From an uncultured delta proteobacterium (GTDB lineage Bacteria > Desulfobacterota > WTBG01 > CAIYCZ01 > CAIRTM01), in NCBI GenBank assembly GCA_963804955.1, contig CAWDSQ010000008.1:113757-177756 (forward strand): 64,000 nt of DNA, read 5' to 3'. The position numbers and the translations under genes were made by a program. Each line of letters starts with the position of its first letter. Position 1 is the first letter of the stretch. The notes under the pieces were generated by a model. It worked only from the letters and a program-made list of their open reading frames with translations. It was not told the origin of the DNA and ran no database searches. Shown piece by piece: positions 56,282-64,000 of this stretch.

Positions 56282-58224
56282 ATGAGCTTTCTGAAAAAGA
56301 ATCTTTCTTTCCTTAGCCCCCTGCATCCCATCATTATCTTTTATCTTCTTGGACTGGTGATCTTTTTTATTTTCAGGTCAGCGCTCTGCCTGCAATATTA
56401 TGCAAGAGTCATGGAAGTTGAGAACAGTCTTCTTAGCTTTGCCATAGGGGTAAGGGTTGATACTATTCTGCTCTGTTATTGTCTGATGCTACCGACACTT
56501 GCTCTTCTTATCCTTCCAGCCCCTGTAATCAGCAAAATACGCTGTTTATTCTCACTGTACTTTGCACTGCTTGTCTCTTTATTTGTATTTCTGGAACTAG
56601 CCACGTTCCCGTTTCTGGCAGAATTTGATACCCGGCCTGATCGTGTTTTTCTGGAACATGCCGTGCAGATCCGAGAGGTTGCGAGCATGATTTTGAAGGG
56701 GTATACGATACCGCTGCTTTTTACTGTATCGGTAACACTGTTGATAAGCTGGGGCAGCTTCAGATTTTTTCAGGCAGTTTTTGAAGGCTTTATTCCTAAT
56801 GGACTTGCAAAAAAAGTGCTTTTTTTCTTTATCATTACGCCACTTCTGGCTTATGGCGCTCGCTCAAGTTCAAGCTTTGGGGATCCTGCAAATCCCAGTG
56901 ATTTTGCATTTTCTAAAAGCCATCTGGTAAACCAGCTTTGTCTTAATACAACCTATAATCTAGTGTATGAGTATTGCAGCCAGAAAAATGCGGAAAAAGA
57001 CCCGGTAAAATTTTATGGTAACATGGATACGCAGGAAATGCTGGACAGGGTGCGCAAAACCGCAAACATATCAAAAGAGGGCTGTACAAACCCCAACATT
57101 CCGCTGCTTCATAAACAGCAGTCAAGCGTTCAGCGAACAAGCCCCGTCAATTTAGTTATCATAGTAGAAGAGAGTTTGGGCGCTGAATTTGTGGGCTGTC
57201 TCGGGGGGCTTCCCTTAACCCCCAACTTTGATGCGCTCAGTAAAGAGGGACTTTTGTTTACCCGCATGTATGCTACCGGCACACGCACGCTCAGAGGCCT
57301 TGAAGCCGTCATTTCGGGATTTCTTCCCACGCCAGCTAAAAGTGTTTTTAAACTTGGACTGTCAAAAGAAACTTCTTCACCATTGCTGAACTTTTTGAAA
57401 GAGGCGGGTATATAACTGAGTTTATCTATGGCGGGGAAAGCAATTTTGACAACATGCATTCGTTTTGTCTGAACAATGGTTTTCAGAACATTTATGATGA
57501 GAAAAACATACCAGCACCGGTCTTCAAGGGGAGCTGGGGGGTCTCGGATGAAGATCTTTTTGCAAAAGCAAATGAGGTATTCAAATCTCATGGCAGAAAG
57601 CCATTTTTTGCGCTGCTGCTTACTACATCCAATCATGATCCTTTTGAATTTCCCGACGGCCGGATTGAACTGTATGAAAAGCCGAAAATGACCCGGAACA
57701 ATGCTATCAAGTATGCGGATTACGCGCTAGGAAAATTTTTTGAGTCGGCAAAAAAAGAAGCCTATTACAGTAATACGATATTTTTGATTATCGCCGACCA
57801 CAGTACACGGCTTGGCGGGAAAGACCTGGTGCCGATACACAAATTCCATATTCCGGCCTTGATTATCGGACCCGATGTACAACCGGGAACATTTGACAGG
57901 GTGGCAAGTCAGATTGATATGCCGACGACCCTTCTTGATTTAATGGGGTTCAGTGCCGAGGTGCCTCTTATCGGAAGATCCCTTGCCCATCTTTCTGACA
58001 GTGTCAAAGGCCGGGCTATCATCCAGTATGGCGAAGACAATGTGTATCTGGAAGATGATCAGGCGGTTTTGCACCGACCCAAGAAAGAAGCAGCACAGTT
58101 CACGTACAAGGATGAAAGATTGATCCCGACACCGCTTGATCCTGAGCTTTTAAAAAACGCACTTGCACATGCACTGCTGCCGGGATACCTCTATTATAAC
58201 TTTTTACACCGCCTTCCTGAGTAG
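56282..58224 (+). CDS. LTA-synthase-family membrane sulfatase / phosphoglycerol transferase (frameshift ~57375)
   Basis: five TM segments; IVEESLG, TGTRT.RG, TTSNHDPF, IADH, SQIDMPTTL. Confidence 0.9.
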
Positions 58225-58329
58225 ACTGTGCGCAACTGGGAATTTGAAAACATAGCCCTAAGGATGGAAGGCTAGTAGTTCTTTCCTGTTGAAAAGTCGA
58301 ATAAAAGCGAAGTTATAGCGGCTCCGCTT

Positions 58330-58375
58330 TTCTATATATTGTGGTCAGGACAAATCAGAAAAAGTCCACACTACG
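58330..58375 (-). repeat. island arm R3 (inverted copy)
   Basis: TTCTATATATTGTG-N16-AAAAGTCCACACTACG-tgata; the 16-mer reverse complement is CGTAGTGTGGACTTTT. Confidence 0.85.
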
Positions 58376-58499
58376 TGATATATGTTGGCTGAGCAGTCCG
58401 CAAAAATTTATTACAGGTTTGCTCTGATAATATATCATTGTCCGCTAAAGCCGGGCAGGCTGTGGTTGGTCCGCCGCAGCGGACTTTGTCCAAACAAAA

Positions 58500-58691
58500 G
58501 ACTTTTCGTTCTGGTACTAATTAGTGGCTAAACGAAAACCCGGAACCATACATGTGTCGGGTTCGCCCTTATGCCGGTACTTCTTCGTAAGCAATTGTTT
58601 TTGCGCAGGGTGGTTTAAGGTGCGAACCCCATCGATTTCTTCCGGGCTTAACCCAAAATACATGACTTTTCGTTCAGGTGCGAATTAGCGG
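58500..58691. repeat. REP/MITE-like composite: 28-bp direct repeats enclosing a long hairpin
   Basis: gacttttcgttctggtactaattagtgg (58500) vs gacttttcgttcaggtgcgaattagcgg (58664), 24/28 identical; inner cccggaa/ttccggg and gggttcgc/gcgaaccc stems. Confidence 0.65.
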
Positions 58692-58748
58692 AAGGCTTAA
58701 AATTTTTGACCCCTGCGATTTGTACATGCCGCAGGCGGGAAAAGCGTA

Positions 58749-59279
58749 TCAGGCAGCACCGTACTGCTCAGCGCAGGGGATACAGATGACTTTTCCTGTC
58801 ACCTGTTTGAGCCGGGTCTCCATGACCATTTCCCCGCACTGGGCGCAGGCAATAGAGCGGTGCATCTGGGCAGGCTCCGGCTCCTTCATCAGCTTTTCTT
58901 CAAGCGACAGAAGCGCATCAACGGGCGCCTCAAGAACCCATTGAGCAAAAGCCACCTTGTCTTCGCGCAGGCCATCGGGAACTCCCCGGCCGTGGAATGC
59001 CACCCGCACGCCCCTGCTGGTTGTGCGGGAATACAGGGTATAGACATGCTTGCCGTAATCCCGGAATATGAGATTGCCCTTGCCGAAGGTGCATCCTGTT
59101 ACGCACTGAAGTGCGTCGACGCCGCAGGCGCTGTTCTCGACTATTGCCACCATCGCCTCATCGTCAGAGTGGGAGGCGTTAAGGACTTTCATGGCCGCGC
59201 AAGCCATGCGGTAGCCGATGGCAAGGCCGGGGCACATGTGGCCGTGAAACCGCACAACTTCATCAAATGTTGGAAGCAT
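58749..59279 (-). CDS. FmdE (formylmethanofuran dehydrogenase subunit E) family protein
   Basis: FHGHMCPGLAIGYR, CGVDALQCVTGCTFGKGNL, C-terminal CAQCGE..CIPC. Confidence 0.88.
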   Translation of the reverse strand: MLPTFDEVVRFHGHMCPGLAIGYRMACAAMKVLNASHSDDEAMVAIVENSACGVDALQCVTGCTFGKGNLIFRDYGKHVYTLYSRTTSRGVRVAFHGRGVPDGLREDKVAFAQWVLEAPVDALLSLEEKLMKEPEPAQMHRSIACAQCGEMVMETRLKQVTGKVICIPCAEQYGAA

Positions 59280-59580
59280 AGCGACCCTCTCTGTGCTGGA
59301 TAAAAAATGGGGGTAAGTTGCCGCGCAGCTTGCGCGATAGATTTTCATCATAGCACGGAGGGCATATTTTTCAAGGCCAAGTTTTCAGGGCTGTGCGCCG
59401 GGGTACCGCCTCCCGCCTCCGGCAAGGAGCGGCTTTACGGAGCAGGGGGGGCCGGAGGACTGTGTGTCCGTAATTGCTGCGTGGCAGGGCTGCGCAGGGA
59501 TGATGTGAAGGTCTGAAAAAATTAAGGCGCCCTGCCTGAACAGGACGCCTCGTGTGATCTGGTGCTTCCGGCCGCCGGGA

Positions 59581-61284
59581 TTACTGCTTTGTCCGCACCA
59601 CCAGGGTCTGGCCGGGCATGAGCGGGCGCTCCGGGTAAGCTTGTTGAGCTTGAGCAACTCATCGAGTTTCATATTGTATTTTTTTGCGATTTTGCCGGGG
59701 AAGTCGCCTTTCTGAACAGTGTGGGTGGCTGTTTTGCGCTTTTTGAGCGTATCGGGGCTTGCGGTAATCTGCAGCACCTGGCCCGTCATGAGGCTTGTTG
59801 ATGAAAGCTGATTGAGGGACTGAATAACCTTGACCGAGGTATTGTGCTTCTCGGCAATAGTCCAGATCGTATCGCCCTGCTTGACAACATATTCGATCAA
59901 ATTGTCTTTGATGACTTTCGAGTGTATCGGCTCCTGCACATCGGGCGAGGAAATGCTGCGGGCAGCAGGAAGTTTCACGCGCGTGCCGGCCACCAGAGGC
60001 TTATCAGGCTTAATTTTATTCATGGCCATAATGGCCTTTTCCGAGGTCTTGTACTTTACCGCCAGGGTTGAAACGCTGTCGCCCTTGCGTACCTTATGCA
60101 CGGCATAGGTCTGGCTCGACGGAACCCAGAGCGGAATATCGGACAGATTTGCCATCAGAACTTTGGCTTTGCCATGAGGCACTTTCAGCGTATAGGGGTC
60201 AGGCGGGGTCACATCATGGCGCAGGTCGGGATTGAGCTCTTTAATGCTGTCCACGGATACGCCGATGGTTTGAGCGATGGTATCCAGATGCACCTGCCGG
60301 TCGATGGCCACCTCTTCATAGGTAAGCTCCCTGTCCGGGGCCGGCAGCGTGAAGCCGTATTTCTGGGGGTTCGACACGATGTGCAGCACGGCCAGAAACT
60401 GGGGGAAATACGATGCGGTCTCCTGGGGCAGCCGGCGGTAGAGGTCCCAGAAATTATCAAGATAATTGACATTCTGCGTCCGTATGACCCTGAGCACTGT
60501 GCCTTCGCCGCAGTTATAGGCGGCAAGCGCCGTTGACCAGTCGCCGAACATGCCATGCAGTTCCTTAAGGTAGGCAATGGCGGCCTTGGTTGACTTTTTC
60601 GGGTCCATGCGCTCATCGATCCATTCATTGCGCTCCAGGCCGAACTTATAGCCCGTTGAGGCGATGAACTGCCACATGCCCAAAGCCCGCGCGCAGGATA
60701 GCGCCCTCAGCTTATAGCCGCTTTCGATAAACGGCAGCCATGAAATTTCCTCGGGCAGACCTTCTGCCTTGAGCGCTTTTACCATCATGGGCCGGTACTG
60801 CCCGGACCGGGCATAGGTATCCATGAAAAAACTTGCGCTGCGAGCCCTGAAATGCTTCAATAGCCCGCTTAACATCTGCATTCATGACAAGCGGAATGGC
60901 CTTGTTGTAGCCATTGGCGACATTGAAGCGGGAGGTGTAAATTTTCGTGATCTGCTTTGTTATGGAAAAGCGCAGGTCTTCGCGCTGCTGCAGAATGCTC
61001 TGATCGGCGTCTTTGTTTACCTCGAGCACCATGATATAGGCCTTGTCCAGCGTTTCTATGGCGTCATCGATCTTGCCCTTTTCATAGAGCTGGTTGGCCT
61101 TTTCGCATTTTTCCAGGGCTGCATCCAGCAGCGCCTGATTTCTGTCCTTGCCATTTTTTGAGCAGCCGTTCAGGTCGGCATCATTTATGTCCAGCAGCCC
61201 GCTTGAGCCGGTGCTGCTGGCGCACCCTGACAACAGCAGCGCTGAAAACAGTACAAGAATAGAATATGTTTTTATTCTCCGCAT
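59581..61284 (-). CDS. MltD-like lytic transglycosylase lipoprotein with LysM domains (frameshifts ~60830 and ~59620)
   Basis: lipobox LLSGC; SLT motifs IESG, GMWQF, ALAAYNCG; three LysM repeats (V.KGD / V.QGD). Confidence 0.88.
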
Positions 61285-61508
61285 GGTTTTGTCCCAAGAG
61301 TTTATTCTTTAGAAACGAGGCAAGAGAATTTTTGCCGTAGAGGTTTGCCCCATTGTATATGTTTTATAATTATTGTAAACAAAAATTAACAGTGTGCTTT
61401 TAATGACGGATGGCTCCTGGATCAGGCGGCGGCGGAAATTCTTTAGTTGCTATTAGCAACTTTTATGTTATTAAAATAGTAGAAATAATTTAATGTTGGG
61501 AATTTTTT

Positions 61509-62159
61509 ATGAAACCATTACAACCAATCATACTTTTTTTCGCTCTGCTGTTTTTTGCCGCAGCAGGTGATGGAGGAGCCGCTGCCATGTCAACGGACAA
61601 TCGCTCAAACCCGACATCTGCCGCCAGGCTTGAAACCGCCACCTTCGGTGCGGGCTGCTTCTGGTGCGTGGAGGCGGTTTTTCAAAACCTGAACGGCGTG
61701 GCCTCTGTCGAGTCCGGTTATTCGGGCGGCACGGTCGACAATCCCACCTATGAGCAGGTCTGCTCCGGCGCTACAGGCCATGCCGAGGTCTGCCAGATAC
61801 ACTTTAACCCGGCACTGATAAGCTACAGGGAGCTGCTTGAAGTATTCTGGCAAACCCATGACCCCACCACGCTCAACCGCCAGGGAAATGATGCCGGCAC
61901 GCAGTACCGCTCCGCAATTTTCTATCACAGCGACCAGCAGCGGCAGACAGCCGAGCTGTATAAAAAAGAGCTCATGGCGGCAAAAATATGGGGCAGCCCC
62001 ATCGTGACGGAAATCGTGCCGTTTAAAAAATTCTATAAGGCCGAGGACTACCACCAGAACTATTACCGCCAGAACGCCGGCCAGCCCTACTGCCGGTTTG
62101 TGATAACGCCCAAGGTTGAGAAGTTCAGAAAAGTATTTGAAAAAAAACTTACGCGGTAG
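61509..62159 (+). CDS. msrA: peptide-methionine (S)-S-oxide reductase with signal peptide
   Basis: GCFWC, GYSGG, TGHAE, HDPT, QYRSAIF, AEDYHQNY. Confidence 0.95.
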   Translation: MKPLQPIILFFALLFFAAAGDGGAAAMSTDNRSNPTSAARLETATFGAGCFWCVEAVFQNLNGVASVESGYSGGTVDNPTYEQVCSGATGHAEVCQIHFNPALISYRELLEVFWQTHDPTTLNRQGNDAGTQYRSAIFYHSDQQRQTAELYKKELMAAKIWGSPIVTEIVPFKKFYKAEDYHQNYYRQNAGQPYCRFVITPKVEKFRKVFEKKLTR

Positions 62160-62176
62160 AGCAGGGAGGCTGCAGG

Positions 62177-63275
62177 ATGAAACAGGAACTGAAAAGCTTT
62201 ATGAAAGAGCGCAGCCCCGATGTGCTGCTGGGCATAGCGCCGGCTGATGATTTCACCGGGCAGGAAATGGCGGCCATGCAGCGCATGAATGCCGTTATGG
62301 CACAGTACAGCCCCATGTACTTTGCCGAGAGCCCTGTGGTGCAGCCCCGCGATTTTCTCGACAATGCCCGCGCGGTCATCGTGCTGGGCTTCAACTTTTA
62401 TTTCGGCAGGCCCGAGCTGCCGGGCAGGCCGCCGCGCGGGGAGATCATGAATTTTTATGTCAACCCGGGCTGCCTTGCCCATCTTGCTTCAAAAACCGAG
62501 CTGGTAACCGGCTTTCTTGCCGAGCGCGGCTACAGCGCTGCGCAGGCGGTGGCGGGCATTTCGGTCAAAACGATCGCGGCCCGCTCCGGCATCGGCGCCT
62601 ACGGCAAAAACGGCATTATTCAGACGCCGGAGCTCGGCAGCGCGATCGGCCTGCTGCTGCTGGTGACCGATGCGCCGCTGGAGCCCGACACGCCCCTGGA
62701 GCGAGCCCTGCGGCTCCTGCACGCTGTGCCGCCAGGCCTGCCCGACGGGCGCCCTTGATACGCCCTATACCTGCGATATCGAGAAATGCCTCACCCTGCA
62801 CATGGTCAACAACAAGGGCGATCTGCCGGAGCATATCCGCGAGAAAGCCGGCACCTGCATTGCCCAGTGCAATATCTGCGTTGACGTGTGCCCCAAGAAC
62901 AAAAAGCTCACCGTGCAGACCGCAATTGACAATCCTGAAGAGCTTGTCTATCCCGATATCGCAGGCCTGGTGAATATTTCGCAGGAGCGCTATCAGGAGA
63001 TGTTCGGCGACACGTTTTTTGATTTCATGTTCATGGATAAAAAATATATACAGCGCAATGCCGCCGTAGCCCTGGGCAACTATGGCGATCCGGCCTATAT
63101 CCCCGACCTCCGGCAGGCTCTTGCCGCAGACCCTGAGGAGATCGTGCGCAGCCATGCTGCCTGGGCCCTTGGCAGGATAGGCACGGCAGAGGCACAGCAG
63201 GCGCTTGAGCAGCATCTGGGCGACCCATCAGCTGCGGTGCAGGCGGAGATTGCGCGCGCTCTCAAGCGGAGCTAA
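62177..63275 (+). CDS. epoxyqueuosine reductase (QueG)-like Fe-S protein with HEAT repeats (frameshift ~62695)
   Basis: AARSGIGAYGKNG, CGSCTLCRQACPTGA, C.ICVDVCP, RNAAVALGN, HAAWALG. Confidence 0.75.
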
Positions 63276-63361
63276 TGCCTCCCGCAGGCTGTTTTTTCTT
63301 TGCATCACCTGCTGCCTGCTGCTATCATGGCGGCAACAAAAAAACAGCCTGCAGACCCGTC

Positions 63362-63964
63362 ATGATCATTCAAACCTATGAACAGAATCCGCAGCCGCGC
63401 GCCATCCGCACAGCCGTTGAGGTGCTGCGCGACGGCGGGCTTATCGTCTACCCGACAGATACCATCTACGGGCTTGGCTGCGACCTGCACAATAAGCGGG
63501 CACTTGAAAAGCTGTACCGCATCAAGGGCATGGACGAAAAAAGCCCGCTGAGCTTCATCTCGCCCGATCTGAGCAAAGTGTCGCAGTACGCGCAGGTCGG
63601 CAACCGCGCCTACCGCATCATGAACAAATGCCTGCCCGGGCCTTTCACCTTTATCCTGCCCGCCATGAAAGAGGTGAACCGCTACATGCTCTACAAGCGC
63701 AAGCAGATCGGCATCCGCGTGCCCCAAAGCAATGTGTGCCGCATGCTCACGCAGGAACTCGGCAACCCGATCATCAACACGAGCGTTCCGCTGTGGGGAG
63801 AAAAGGTGCTGAACTCCGGCGATGTCATCGACGAGCATTTTGGCCGGCAGATCGACCTGGTGTTTGATATCGGCGTGCTGGTAAGCGAGCCCTCGACCAT
63901 AGTTGATCTTTCGGGCGACGAGTTTGCCATTATGCGGCAGGGCAAGGGCGAGATAACGCTGTAG
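63362..63964 (+). CDS. Sua5/YciO/YrdC family (threonylcarbamoyl-AMP synthase-like) protein
   Basis: YPTDTIYGLGC, LPGPFTFIL, IGIRVP, PSTIVDL. Confidence 0.9.
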   Translation: MIIQTYEQNPQPRAIRTAVEVLRDGGLIVYPTDTIYGLGCDLHNKRALEKLYRIKGMDEKSPLSFISPDLSKVSQYAQVGNRAYRIMNKCLPGPFTFILPAMKEVNRYMLYKRKQIGIRVPQSNVCRMLTQELGNPIINTSVPLWGEKVLNSGDVIDEHFGRQIDLVFDIGVLVSEPSTIVDLSGDEFAIMRQGKGEITL

Positions 63965-64000
63965 CGCGGCAAAAAACAGGGGGCTGCATGTGTAGCACTC

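Larger units (their letters stand above)
46260..58453. mobile_element. AT-richer genomic island with a tyrosine recombinase and repeat-bounded cargo
   Basis: composition shifts right after the pilB stop and returns to GC-rich at ~58453; integrase, dispersed repeats and unrelated cargo genes. Confidence 0.7.

Noticed and set aside
50102..58375. Island repeats as a CRISPR array
   Set aside because: Copies are kilobases apart, in both orientations, separated by whole genes; no cas genes are present.
51188..58375. Classical integron (IntI + attC)
   Set aside because: No RYYYAAC/GTTRRRY-bounded attC recognised, the integrase is short and co-oriented with downstream cargo, and the cargo has long upstream regions.
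58538..58646. 6S RNA
   Set aside because: The hairpin is better explained by the repeat family also found at 37705, and it lacks typical 6S context.

Overview
Bacterial chromosomal window. Gene content (pilB/pilD, an RdgC-like pair, NfnAB, FmdE, serS with two tRNA-Ser) suggests an anaerobic deltaproteobacterium/Desulfobacterota; this is an inference. Over 20 otherwise intact genes are split by single-base frameshifts, most likely long-read indel errors. A GC-rich housekeeping backbone is interrupted by two accessory regions. (1) A defence island at ~17.8-28.1 kb: type I R-M hsdM-hsdS-[NYN nuclease with a candidate divergent sRNA]-hsdR, radC, and a primase-helicase. (2) An AT-richer island at ~46.3-58.5 kb right after pilB, carrying a small tyrosine recombinase. 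The main discovery is in island 2: seven copies of a bipartite ~46-bp arm (16-mer CGTARTGTKGANTTTT, 16-17 bp spacer, 14-mer resembling an NrdR box). The arms occur in both orientations and bracket individual cargo genes and the recombinase. This suggests a cassette-array or mobile system that is not a classical integron. No CRISPR array or rRNA was seen.
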